NCBI GenBank assembly: GCA_013265495.1
Contig: MU058198.1
Span: 2,678,419-2,742,418, forward strand
Origin: Vicugna vicugna
Taxonomy: Eukaryota
Length of the DNA stretch: 64,000 bases
Direction of reading: 5' to 3'
Made by a program: the position numbers and the translations under genes. Below are positions 49,026-60,677 of the stretch, piece after piece. Position 1 is the first letter of the stretch. Each line of letters starts with the position of its first letter. The notes under the pieces were generated by a model, which had not been told where the DNA came from, did not search any database, and saw only the letters and a program-made list of their open reading frames with translations.

Positions 49026-49152
49026 TAATTGAACACAAGGTCAACAGCAGCATGCCCTCAAATGCCCCCCAGAGTCAGATACTCTGCAGACTGTACTGGC
49101 CTTCTAGGGAAGGCACCAACCACAATGGTACAGGCCCTCAGAGAAGTTAGTG

Positions 49153-49203
49153 GTGTGTGTGTGTGTGTGTTTGTGTGTGTGCATGTGTGCGTGTGTGCGT
49201 GTT
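49153..49203 (+). repeat. Imperfect (TG)n microsatellite
   Basis: gtgtgtgtgtgtgtgtgtttgtgtgtgtgcatgtgtgcgtgtgtgcgtgt. Confidence 0.9.
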
Positions 49204-49789
49204 CAGAGATGGAGCCAGGAGGGGCGGGGGAGTCTCGCCACCTCTGCCCTGCAGGTGCGAGAAGACAGCAGCGAAGCAGACAAGTGAGTGGCTCATATCT
49301 GTGCTGCTCCTTCCGGAGGGAAATCAATGATTGAGTTAAAGCCTCACATGCCCCGTGCTGTGGATTGGGGCCATCCCAGCGGAGCTGCTCTGCTGAGCCT
49401 TTTTATAAACCAGCAACAATTTACACTCCAAATGAAGTCCTAATAAACTACCGCGCAGCCCTGCCAGGAGGAGGCCGGGTAAATACTTCCTTTTAATAAA
49501 ACACACGTGGGCTGGTCTCAGCAGCGCTGGAACCGTTGTGCATCCGCCTCCTTGTAGCCTGGGCCCCGGGCCCCTGGGGAGGGATCCCTGCACAGCCCGG
49601 CTGGGTAGGCTTTATCTGTTCTTATTCGCCCAGGTCTGTGCTTTGGGTCTTCCAGTTCCTGGGGTGAGAGGGGTCTTAGATTTCAGCCAGGACAGTCCCA
49701 CACTGGGTGCTGGAATTCTAGGGTTTCTTGGCCACGTGTCCATGATTCCTCTCTGCTGCTCCCGGGAGACAGTGCTGCCCGGTTATCGG

Positions 49790-50065
49790 AACTGGCCTGG
49801 CTGGAGTCTGACAGCTGGATTCATGTACCTCTTCCTAGCTGTGCGACCTTGGGCACATCGAAGCCCTCTGTGCCTCACCTTATCATTTACAAAATGAGGA
49901 TAATTATAGTACCTATTATTTAAAGTTGTGGCACTATGCCTGCCTTAAGTGCTCAGTGATAACCATTACTGTGATTTTATTATTTAAGTGGCATCATATA
50001 TAATGACTGGGACATCCTCAGCACATAATTAATGCTTAGTAAATGGTATAATCTTGATACTATTA
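49790..50065 (+). mobile_element. MIR fragments
   Basis: 'ctagctgtgcgaccttgggc...ctctgtgcctc...aaaatgaggataattatagtacct'. Confidence 0.7.
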
Positions 50066-50519
50066 TATTTAGGATGACTGTGAGTATTAATAAGCTGTAT
50101 CAGAAAGACCTTTATAACTTGCAGAAAACGTTATGTTGCTGTAAATTCTAACCATTGCCCTAACTTCATTTTCAGAGGAGCTAAATAAATACAAATTTAA
50201 ATAATTTTAATGAACTTGAATAAATTTAAATAATAATGTTTGCCTCAATCCCAAATGTACCCCAAGTTTATGTTTGTTTCAGGTGAAAGTACACCAATTC
50301 CTCCAGCTATTCCTCCAGAAAATCCTCGCTCTTTTCCCGTCAAGCCTTGGGTTTAAAATGGGGACGAGAATCCTCATCTTCCAGGAGGGAAGACGTTAGT
50401 GTATATTAAAGTCCCCGGCATGTTTGTAGCACTCACTCTTCCCTCCTGTCCCCTCCCAGCCCCCATGAGAGTAGAGTGTCATTGTCCCATTTCCTAAGAG
50501 CCAGCCTAGCTAGTGGCTC

Positions 50520-50742
50520 TGAGCACATACCTTGGAGTCAGATTGCCTGGGTCCAAAACTGGCTCCGTTAAAACTGTGTGACCTTGGGCAAGTTACTTAA
50601 CCTCTCCTTGCCTCACTTACCTCACCTGTATAGTGGGAACAATAACACTGTGTGCTCGTGTTGATTAACTGAGATGAACCAGGCAAGGCACAGGGCCTGG
50701 TGGATAGTAGGCACCCAGTCAATAGTCTTAGGCTGTTATTAT
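50520..50742 (+). mobile_element. MIR SINE
   Basis: 'ttggagtcagattgcctgggt...ctgtgtgaccttgggcaagttacttaacctctc'. Confidence 0.85.
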
Positions 50743-50829
50743 TCCAAGTGAACCACAGAGAAATGGAGACAATACTCAGGCCGAGGACACTGCTCCCTAA
50801 CCCTTTCTTTGGCCCAGCATCAGCCCGCC

Positions 50830-51085
50830 ATCCTTGGCCTCTCCTCCCGCTAAACTGCTTCATTCTGAGCTTATGGTCTTTCCCACAAGAGCCACCGTTA
50901 ACATCAACACTCTTATTTTGTCCCCCACCAGCTGCTTTTTCCTTTGGACTCAAGTGTAGGCCTTCACATGAATCCCTATTTAATTTCATCCTGCTAGCTT
51001 TGTGCTGCAATTCCAATTGTTCAAGAATCTTTTGGATGCTCAGTCTGTCATCCAGCATTGGCCAGCACTCCAGCTACCCTAGCTT
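50830..51085 (-). mobile_element. L3/CR1 LINE reverse-transcriptase remnant
   Basis: ORF 50597-51058(-) begins 'DDRLSIQKILEQLELQHKASRMKLNRDSCEGLHL', resembling the CR1 RT motif 'IQxDLDRLxxWAxxNxMKFNxDKCKVLHL'. Confidence 0.72.
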
Positions 51086-51505
51086 ATGGACAAAGTGGAC
51101 AAAAGAAGAGCCAGGGCCTGTGGTGGACCTATGTTTCTCCTGCCTGCCCAGAATTCAGGCCCACTTTTCTGTCAACTGCTCTTCAATATTCCTTTAGGGA
51201 ATCACTCCACCCCCCGCCCCGCCATGGCAGAATTGTCATTCAAGGTGTCAGAGGAGGGTGCAGGTCCCCTAGCTGGGCCAATCAGATTCTTTCTCTGAAA
51301 ACTTACTGTTGAGAAGAATGACATAAGGCATATTCCCCACCTAAGAAAAAGAAGAAAAAAAGAGAAAAAAAAAAAGTCAGAGCTGGTTCATCCTGAGAAC
51401 AGCTACTTGAAGACATTGTTCGCTAGATTCTATTTAATGGCTCCTGAGTGCTGCCTTTTTCCTGTCCTGTCAGGGCCTGGTTCTTCTGCTGTGCCTTTGA
51501 TGGCA

Positions 51506-52433
51506 TGTATCAGGTATTTATTGCCACAAGAATGCTGTGTAACAAACTATAATGGGCTGAGTTTTGTCCTCCCCAGATTCATAGGTTAAAATTCCAACCC
51601 TCAGTACCTCAGAATGTGACTATTTTTGGAGACAGGGCGTTTACAGAGGTGATTAAATTAAAATGGCGCCATTAGAGTAGGCCCTAACCTCATCTGAATG
51701 GTGTCCTTATAAGAGGAAATTTGGACACACAGAGCATCAACAGACATGCATGTGCACAGAGGAAGGACCATGTGAAGACACAGCCAGAGGGCAGCCATCT
51801 GCAAGCCAAGGACAGTGTCCTCAGAAGACACCGAACCTGCTGACACCTTGATCTTGGACTTCTAGATTCCAGAACTATAAGAAAATAAATTTCTGTTATG
51901 TAAGCCACCCAGTCTTGTGGTGTTTTGTTATTGTAGCCCTAAAAAGCCAATAAAAAGCCACCCCCAAATTTAATGACTTAAAACACTAATCGTCTAGTCA
52001 GCTTCCGAACCTGTAGATCACGTAGAGGGTGCTTCTGGTCTCCATTAAGTTCTCTCATGAATCTGTGGTTAGCTGAGGGTCAACTAAACAACTCTACAGG
52101 CCTTGGCTGGACCCTCTCACATGTCGGGGTGGGAGGGTCAGCTGGGATTTGAGTGAATTCTAAGATGACCTCAGGTGAGACAAATGGGGTGACTCAGCCA
52201 TGTTCAGCATGTCTCCTCCTCTAGCAAGTTAACAGGGCATGTTCTCAGGATAAGGGCAGAGGACAAGAGACAGTTGGAAATGCCAAGGCTTTATCAGGCC
52301 TCTGCTTGTGTCACAAGTGCTAACGTCCCATTGGCCAGAGCAAGTTGCAGGGGTGGGAGCAGCTACAAAGTCACATTACAAAGAGTATGGTCGCAGGGGG
52401 TGGTGAAGGATTGGAGATATTGAATCAACTACG
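51506..52433 (-). mobile_element. MLT1G/H-like LTR, host of a nested MLT1A
   Basis: 'tgtatcagg...atgctgtgtaacaaac | cacccccaaatttaatgacttaaaac'; 'ccattggccagagcaagt'. Confidence 0.7.
51548..51954 (+). mobile_element. MLT1A-like solo LTR, nested in opposite orientation
   Basis: 'atgggctgagttttgtcc...tacctcagaatgtgactatttttggagacaggg', 'gacaccttgatcttggacttct...aaataaatttctgtt...aagccacccagtc'. Confidence 0.85.
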
Positions 52434-52589
52434 TGCCATGAGCTTGTTCAAAACCTCCTGACAAATTAATTTTTCTGCCACCACACCCCCTGCCGGCCCC
52501 ATTGCCTCTGTCCCACCTCCCAATTGGTTTTTGTTGCTTTAGAAGAGCCCTCACTGCTACAGAGCTGGGAGATAGGATGGACTTGTATC

Positions 52590-52920
52590 TACATCAGCGT
52601 CTTGGCAATGGAAGAGAGAATTTCAAAATGGAAGCCATGGTCAACAGTGCCAAATGGTGTAAGACAGCAAATGATATAAAGACTGAGAAAGGCCTATTGG
52701 ATTTAAGAGCAAGTGGGTTACCTGTCACCTTAATAAGAGTGGTTTTTATGGAGAAGTGGGGGCAGGGGCCAGATCGGAGTGAGTGGAAAGGCGAAGAAGG
52801 GGAGATTGTGAGTATGGACAACTCTTTGAAGAATCTTGAGTGATACAGAGCTGAGTGAGGATGTGGGGTTAGAGAAGAGTTTTTAAAATTTGTGTTTATA
52901 GATGGGGAAACATGCAAAAG
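52590..52920 (-). mobile_element. L2 internal fragment
   Basis: 'ggtcaacagtgccaaatgg...gactgagaaaggcctattggattta...atggacaactctttgaagaat'. Confidence 0.7.
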
Positions 52921-53684
52921 AAGCTGGCAGGGTGCAAAGTCTAATTCTAAGCAACTGAACTAGAATGACCCAGCCCCACCTCCACTGAGCAGGTCCCTTC
53001 CTTTGGCTGAGTCCAGGGATTCTTGTTAGTCCCATTGGCTTTCACTTTACTGCATTAGCATCTGAAAGCTCGCCAGATGCCCCAACAGAAATGTTGCCTA
53101 TCTTCGCCAAAACTTTCCTGTCTCTGTTCTATTACACCATGTGAACATCTTCCCTCCCGCCCCTTCACGATACCCCAGAACATGCTCCCCAGATAGGTGG
53201 AGTCTGGGATACTAATGGAGTGGTGGGGGGGTGTGGGTGGGATCATTTGACTTTCCCAGCTTGAGATCACCCCCTCTCAGGCACCCAGTCGGGATGGCAG
53301 TCCGTGACACCCCAACTACATGGAAATCCTGGTAAACTCAGAAAAATCAGAAAAGAAAAACTTACCTCTTATATAACTAAATTACACCTGGGGCACATAC
53401 ATGCAGCCCTTCTGGAGGACGAAGGAGAATGGAAGCCAGTTCCTGGGAAAAGAATAGGGAAGGGAGAAAAATACCCTAATCTGAGCCCTTCATGAGGACT
53501 GGAGCCAACTCATGTAATAAATATGGACTTCATGCAGCTCCACCACCTGCTATGTGACCTTCCACAAGTGAATTGACCTTTCTGGGCTTCATCTTCTTAG
53601 GATTGAGAGGATTAAATAAAATTCCACTTGTAAAGTAGCATGATGCCTGTCTAGTAAATTCCTCTATTTTTAAAAACCATGTTC

Positions 53685-54234
53685 AGTTATTAAGTTACAG
53701 TCTGTCAGCTCTAAACCCAATGCTCTTTATTCAGCTTTGTGATTCTGGGATTGGGACTCCGCACATTTCTGCTGTGCTGGCTGCTGCCTATCAGGCTCTG
53801 TCTATAGGGGGCGCTAGAGGGAGGCTGTGAAGTTGGAAGAGGAAGGCGAGACTTGCTTCTTCTGGTCTGTGTGTGTCTAAGACTTTCCTTAACGTGCACC
53901 TGATCCAGTCTGTGGTTTTCTCCAAACTCACAGGACCAGTTTCATTGGAGGCTCCAAAACCAACTAGCTGGCACCCCTTCCTCAGAGATTTGGGCTCCAG
54001 ACCCACCCAGTCCCTCCTCTGAGCTGCTGAGTTTTGATAATTCCTCCCCCTTCTCTTCTTGCTATAGTTGGAGTGGTGGTAGCTGCTTCCTTTGGGGGCT
54101 AGTTCTGTGGTAACTTGGAGTCATCATTTTTTTCCTCTCTCGGTTGATTATCACCGTGCTAAAATTCCTCATACTAAACACCCCTGTTCCAATAACTGGC
54201 GTAGCTCGTCTCCTGACCAGACCCTGAATGGCAA
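53685..54234 (+). mobile_element. LTR41-like ERVL LTR with CTCF-like motif
   Basis: 'ggctctgtctatagggggcgctagagggaggc' and terminal 'tgttccaataactggcgtagctcgtctcctgaccagaccctga'. Confidence 0.7.
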
Positions 54235-54334
54235 GCCCACTCTCATAGAACCTCATACAAAGTACTATCATGGGCTCAATCCCATTGTCCAGAATTGCTT
54301 CTTTCCTTCTATTCCCATTCATACGGGTTTCCCC

Positions 54335-54495
54335 CTCATAGTGATCTGTAATCCTGGCTGTGTCAGAATCCACTGGGACTTTTGTTAAATCATCTTTTGG
54401 GGGGTCCCACCTCTGGAGACTCTTAACTCACTTGGGAAGCAGAGAATCTGCAATCTGTATTTTTAATAAGTGCTCCTGGTTTGGGAAATCACTTT
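54335..54495. mobile_element. MER5-like relic
   Basis: 'cagaatccactggga...gcaatctgtatttttaataagtgctcc'. Confidence 0.5.
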
Positions 54496-54722
54496 TTTTT
54501 TTTTTTTTTTGCAGTCAGAGACCAGCTTTTTCCACCTTTGTTCCCAGGACCCCAGCGCTGTGCAGGGCCCCATGTGAGATCTTGATGGAACAGTGGACAG
54601 ACATTATGTTTGCACTGTCCTGCAGCCACTTCCCCTCCATGCATCCAGGGACCAAGTAGAGCTGCAAATGGTTTTATGTTCTCCCTTAGGTGAAAGAAGG
54701 TGTATTAAGAATAAAGCTAGCA

Positions 54723-54862
54723 TATGGTGATGGATGTTAACTAGACTCCTTGTGGTGATCATCTCACAGTATATATAAGTCTCGAATTATTATGTTGTAC
54801 ACCTGAAACTAAGAATATGTCAATTATACCTTAATAAAATTTTAAAAAACTTTTAAAGTAAG
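54723..54862 (+). mobile_element. Short L1 3' terminus
   Basis: 'gtggtgatcatctcacagtat...tatgttgtacacctgaaactaa...tgtcaattatacct'; perfect 15-bp TSD agaataaagctagca (54708-54722 / 54863-54877). Confidence 0.88.
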
Positions 54863-57800
54863 AGAATAAAGCTAGCAAACATTTTGAGAAAGCGTCCTGG
54901 AAAATAATAAATCATTGCTTTCAGGAAGTACTGACACCATCTCTTTAGAGGGTGGACTAAGCTAGACTTCTGTTTATTTAACTGATATGAACACCCCAGG
55001 ATTTTGCTGCACCTGAGGTAGTAAAATCAAATGAAAGTAGACCATTAGTCCCTTCGTAGGTAAAAGCTGCTTTGGAGAGAGCTGTTGGGAAGTTTATTGT
55101 GGCCTGAGCGCTAGGAAGGGGATGATGGATTTTTATAAATTTACCTCTCATAGAAGTGAGAAAGGCCATGAAGGGTGAAGTATGAACCCATATATAATAC
55201 TTATCCCCAAGTTAAATAGATAATGCTTAACCAAGATTTGTTCTAACTATATTAAATGGTTTCAGTAGGAACAACAGTTATTAGCTGATGGAACAGAGTT
55301 ACCATCCCTTAGAGGAGTGGTTCCTGTAGGTAAAGCCCTTTACTTTCAAATGTCTCCAGGTAGTTTGGTCAAGCCTGGAATGCAGGACCCCAGGAAAAAT
55401 TATGCCAGTTATAGGTACATAGACAACGCAAGGGCGGAAATTCTCAGTTGACGTTAGCTAGAAAGTCTCTATGTAGCAACTCTGATGGGAGGAAAGACGC
55501 ACGTTAAATTGTATCCGTAGACTCATCTAGTGGGGCATTAACCCAGCTACGATGAATCAGTTTCCTATTGCAGTGTGTACGTTGAGGAGTTCAGAGGTGG
55601 GCTCTCTACATTAACTGTGATCCCTTCAGCCAGCCCGTTTCTTACAGACTTTTTTCTTTGCTGTCAAAGAAGAATCTTGACAGGGAATTCATTTTCTAAA
55701 ATAGAACCCTTTGCAGATAAACTTGACAGATCAAAGTCGGCTTGTAAAACCTTGTCCACCCTTCTGCATTAGAAGAAAGGCCTCTTGGCCCTTGGGAGGT
55801 AACAGCTGGGGAGCTACGGTGCCTGGGAGGTGGTTTAGGATTCAGGAACTGTGGTTGGTACCTGAGGGATGCCGTGGGAGTTGGGGAAAGCTCATCCTTC
55901 TGAATTAAGCTAATTCTACCTGGCCAGCCTAGCCTTTGTGTGGGAGACTCCGTAGGCTTTTTGGACCTGGCTATCTGCGTACAGAGAAAGCTCAATTTGA
56001 AGCCAAAGAAAAGGAAGGTATAGTTTGCCTGAGGCAGAAGAAATAAAAAGTAAGAAACAGCCTCAAGGTCCAAGCCTTTGGCAGAGGGGAAATCTGAAAG
56101 GCATCGTAACCATGAAACAGAGGCAGTGGGAGAATGCATCAGTTCTGAGGAGACAGCTGGGTAGATTCCGCAGGTGGTTGGAGGATGGCTTAATAAGTAC
56201 ATCATTAAGTCGTACCACACAGTCGACACAAAGACCTCAGTTCTCTTAGATATTATTTAGCCTACGATGTAAGAACCCATGTTTGCCTCAAACTTGTTGT
56301 CCCTTCCCCCTCAGGGAGCAAAGCAAAGGAGTATAGGCAGAGCCAGCTCTTCCCCAAGGCAACCACAGAGGCCAAAGAACCCACTCCTGCCCCCAGAAGA
56401 TGAAGATGCTGCTCTTGGCTGAGCTCAGTCGCTCATTTTGCCTAAACTTGATAAGCATGTGTCCATATTGCAGTCTTTCTGAGGGATGCACGTTGGGGCA
56501 TGGTGGAGAATATTTCAGCTGCAGAAGCTACTGGACTGGGCATTGACTACTGCTGGGTATTTACTTAGAACAAACAAAGCGATTATGTATGATGCAAACA
56601 AAACAAAACCAAACGCAAGATGTGAGCAGCGTGATGATATGGCGGCAGTGGTTCCCAAAGCCATGCTGTCTGAGCGTCCCTGACTGGCTTTGGAGCAACT
56701 GACCACAAACTCCTCCCGCCGGAACTCTGCAGTGTCTTGACTCGGCGCTGATCATCTCTACACGTCGTGTTCATTTCTAACAGCTCAGAGGATCTGGGTA
56801 CCAAACTGGAGGAGTAGTTGCTGTGGCACTTTATAAGGAACATAGATCAACTTAAGAAAAGTGAATTACCTGGGACTAGTGAGTGATAAGAAAATAATAA
56901 GGTTATACTTGTTGTAGGGCATTTTTACTAGCTGATGGAAAACACTCCATCTCTTCTTAACCACTCCCTCCCGCTGTCCCATCCATCTACGGCCATTCAC
57001 ATCCAGAGAAGCTTTAAACTGGAGGAGGCAAAAGGAGTTTAGTAGGCAAGAGAAGCCAGACAAAGCAAGAAGATGCAGGGAATAGAAGTCCCCTGTTCCA
57101 AGGTTAAGGGCTGGATTTGGGAGGGGATAAGGCTGTGGACTCTATCACATTTTTCAAGATGGATATTTTACGAAACTCTCAACTCAAACATATTATCTCT
57201 GAGTCTTTGGGTCAAAGGGTGTTGCATAGAATTGGGGAAGACACTCTTCTCCTTGTTTTTGCAAAGAACTCAGTATCATCCTGGAACCCTGAGTTTTGGA
57301 GACTTTAGAAACATCTGAGGACAACATGCTTGGCATAGACATTTTAATGGAGGGCTGGGGTGGGGAGACACACTTCAGGCATCTCTGTAGACAACAGGTG
57401 GGAACCGAAAAGTGGGAAAGAGGACAGTAGATCTGCATGGTGGCTGCATCTGACGGCCTGGTGCATGAGTACATGTGGGGCATCCCACTGGGGACTCCCA
57501 GGGAGAAACACAAGGGAATGAAGTGTTGCTGGGGGCTTGGGTTCTTGAGCCAATGGACCCTTGTGTTTCGCACTTATTACCAAAATGTTTATGAACTGGA
57601 GAGACCAGGGCAGAGCATACTGATTAGATGGCACACAGAAGACACTACAGGAGACTCTGGAAAGTTCTACTTGGTTCACTTGTGATGCGCTCGCTCTAGC
57701 CAGACCTTGGCTGATTCAGCTGTGCCTGTAAAAGGAAAATGAGGCTCAAGATCAGGTAATAAGGTTGAAGCCTATTCACATGGTTGGACACATGTTTTGT

Positions 57801-58260
57801 TGCCTGTTTTTCAGTGTTCATCACTGAGTTCTAAGATGCCTTAGTCTTCAGAGAGGTGCTTCTTTCTGCAGCTACAGCTTTGTGCATTTTCCCCAGTGGC
57901 TGTCCCCTACATTGGTCTCCCACACCAGGGCTGTGTCCCTGGGAGCTGCTGGGGCAGGTGTGAAGTTAGGGAGGCAGTAAGACATGCAGTAAAGTAAGTA
58001 TTGCCACATACTAGAAGGACCTCAAGATGCTCTGTGTCTCGCCCTCTGGTGTGTGCTCTGCTTGTCAACTCTTCCCTGAGACCTCATCTCAATCAGGTGA
58101 GGGCTCCGGACTGACTCCATTCTCATCAAACAAAGCAACCATAGCTGAGAAACCTTGTTCCCTCTTTGGACCAAAGACTCTGCTTCAGCTTCCTTTTGTC
58201 ATCATCCTCAACAAATCTTGACTTCATCCAAATTGAGCTTTTCAAGATATATAATTGATA

Positions 58261-58631
58261 TTTGCAGCAACATGGATGCTCCTAGAGAATGTCATTCTAA
58301 GTGTAGTAAGCCAGAAAGAGAAAGAAAAATACCATATGAGATCGCTCATATGTGGAATCTAAAGACTCATGGACAGAGAATACAGACTTGTGGTTACCAG
58401 GGGGGTAGAGGGTGGGAAGGGATAGACTGGGATTTCAAAATTGTAGAACAGATAAACAAGATTACACTGTATAGCACAGGGAAATATACACAAAATGTTA
58501 TGATAAATCACAGAGAAAAAAATGTGACAATGAGTGTGTATATGTCCACGAATGACTGAAAAATTGTGCTGAACACTGGAATTTGACACAACATTGTAAA
58601 ATGATTATAAATCAATAAAAAATGTTAAAAA
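58261..58631 (+). mobile_element. Young 5'-truncated L1 3' UTR (camelid-type)
   Basis: Perfect 17-bp TSD aagatatataattgata (58244-58260 / 58632-58648); 'tttgcagcaacatggatg...gaaaaataccatatga'. Confidence 0.92.
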
Positions 58632-58649
58632 AAGATATATAATTGATAA

Positions 58650-58726
58650 AGGGCTATTTCCCTCTCCCAAATGAGCAAAAGACACAGTCAAAATATAAGA
58701 GAAAAATAAAAGTGGCCAATAGACAA

Positions 58727-58769
<43 letters not shown>

Positions 58770-59300
58770 TAAAATAAATGCAAATAAAATGCAATAAAAA
58801 CATCCATTTTTAACATGGTCTGGCAAAGATTAAAGTTTAATAATAGTGTGCATTGTTGGTGAGGTTGTTGTGAAACAGGCATGCCCATTGGTGGGGACTG
58901 CGAATTGGTCCAAAAGCTTTAGAGGAAAATCTGGCAGTAGCTATCAACATTTAAAATATACATATCATTGAGAAAGCAGTTCCAGTCCTAGTAATTTACT
59001 TTATAGAGCTCTTCACAAAACTATGCAAAGATATCTATGTTTATATGTCTCTATCTCTGTGTCTATGTCTATGGATATAGATACTTATTGCAGCACTTTT
59101 CATAACAGTGAAACATTGGGAAACAACCTAAATGTCCATCAATAGGGGAGCAGTAAAATCATCCCTGGTTCACCCAGACACTCTGCAGCTGTTAACGAGA
59201 ATGAGGTGAATCTGTACACACTGATGTGGAAAGATCACCATGACGTTAACTAAAGAGGGCAAAGCTTATGTTAATTAAATAATGAGGAATACTCAGCTTG
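58650..59300 (+). mobile_element. Old L1ME-type remnant
   Basis: 'ggaaaatctggcagtagctatcaacatttaaaa', 'aaacaacctaaatgtccatcaataggg'. Confidence 0.65.
58728..58766 (+). repeat. (TAA)n microsatellite, about 13 units
   Basis: Perfect taa run; it produces the poly-L and poly-Y ORFs in the track. Confidence 0.95.
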
Positions 59301-59459
59301 CTTATAATTAAAAAAAACTTTGTTCTGAAGTAACAAAAAATAAAGAGGTAAAAGCAAATTTACCTCTCTTTCTTATCACTTACGAGCTGTACAATTTTGG
59401 CCAAGTTACATGACTTTATTGGACCTCAGTTTCTTTACATTTAAGATAAGAGTCAGAGA

Positions 59460-59633
59460 TGTAAAAAAATTTTCTTCTATACAGCACAGGGAACTATATT
59501 CAATATCTTGTAATAACCTTTAATGAAAAAGAATATGAAAATGAATATATGTATATATATATGTACGACTGGGACAGTATGCCGTACACCAGAAATTGAC
59601 ACGTTGCAACTGACTACATTTCAATAAAAAAAA
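59460..59633 (+). mobile_element. L1 3' terminus inserted in a MIR
   Basis: 'tatacagcacagggaactatattcaatatcttgtaataacc...ccagaaattgacac...tcaataaaaaaaaa'; approximate TSD aagagtcagaga / aagagtactgaga. Confidence 0.82.
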
Positions 59634-60284
59634 AGAGTACTGAGAAAACAATACAGTCAGAATAGCAACTTCATAGAATTCTTACAATGTTAAAAGATAA
59701 TATATGAAAACCAAACAGATGATAGTTCCCATTTCCCCAAAGGTAAAAATGAGGTGATATAAATGAAAGTTTGTATATAATGCAAGATATGTAAGATTAG
59801 ATCCATTCCCTATCAATCTTAGTTATCTTCTGTGAACTCTAACTTTCTAGAATTGGCCTAGTCTTTTTTCTTGGAGTCTGTGTTTCAGAAGGTTTACAGC
59901 TCAGGGGTGGAGGAATGAGAAGATGCAGGGTACAGATGGGCTCCCTCTAAAACCCACCTCGCCCACCTTAGCCTAATTCAGTCTGAATTCATTCCTTTTC
60001 TTTCTCATTCTGAGAGCTCATTTGATGCCTCTGAGACAGAGATTTAGCTAAAGCTGTACTTCAAAGCCAACAAATGCTCAACTGAGTTTTGACTCTAACA
60101 AAAATGAGTGACATGAGGAGGCAGGGGGTTCAATATTAAAAAGTAGGAATCATCTTTATTTCTACAAAGAAATTTGCTCATGTCCTGCCCCACCCCCTGC
60201 CTATCCTGATTTGGCTTTAATTTTCCCAGTTTTTACTAAACATAGGAACAGAAAAAATTTCATTTCCCTCTTAATTCTAAGAGA

Positions 60285-60640
60285 GACAAACCCTACAATA
60301 AATGGCAGGTGATGTGAAATCGCAACATCAGGAAGGCTGTAGGGAGTGGTGGTGACTGTGGTGAATAGCAAATTATGCTCTGCTTCATCTTCTGTGTTCA
60401 GTGGGCAGCTAACACTTCACTCTAGACCAGTGATGCCATACAGAAACATAGGTCTAGTGTGGCCAGAAATTCTAACTTTTCAAGAGATGCTGGTGATTTG
60501 GTCTTTATGTGAATGACCTTGATTTTTTTTTTAGTTATGACAGCCATTCTTCCAAATACATACCAGAGCCAACGTAGTGAAAGCTCTAGAAGACACATAT
60601 AGGAGCCAGAAGTGGCCTGAGGAACTGAGTTTGCAACCTG
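60285..60640. mobile_element. MER102-like hAT relic
   Basis: 'gggagtggtggtgactgtgg...gtgtggccaga...ttttcaagagatgctgg...agtttgcaacctg'. Confidence 0.55.
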
Positions 60641-60677
60641 GACATCAACTTCTTCCCAGAGAGTGAATGAGAAAAAA

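Noticed and set aside
50597..51197. Overlapping 153-aa and 165-aa ORFs
   Set aside because: They span CR1/L3 and MIR remnants; there is no coherent protein beyond a short RT-like motif.
58605..58888. Poly-Leu and poly-Tyr ORFs
   Set aside because: They are translations of the (TAA)n microsatellite.
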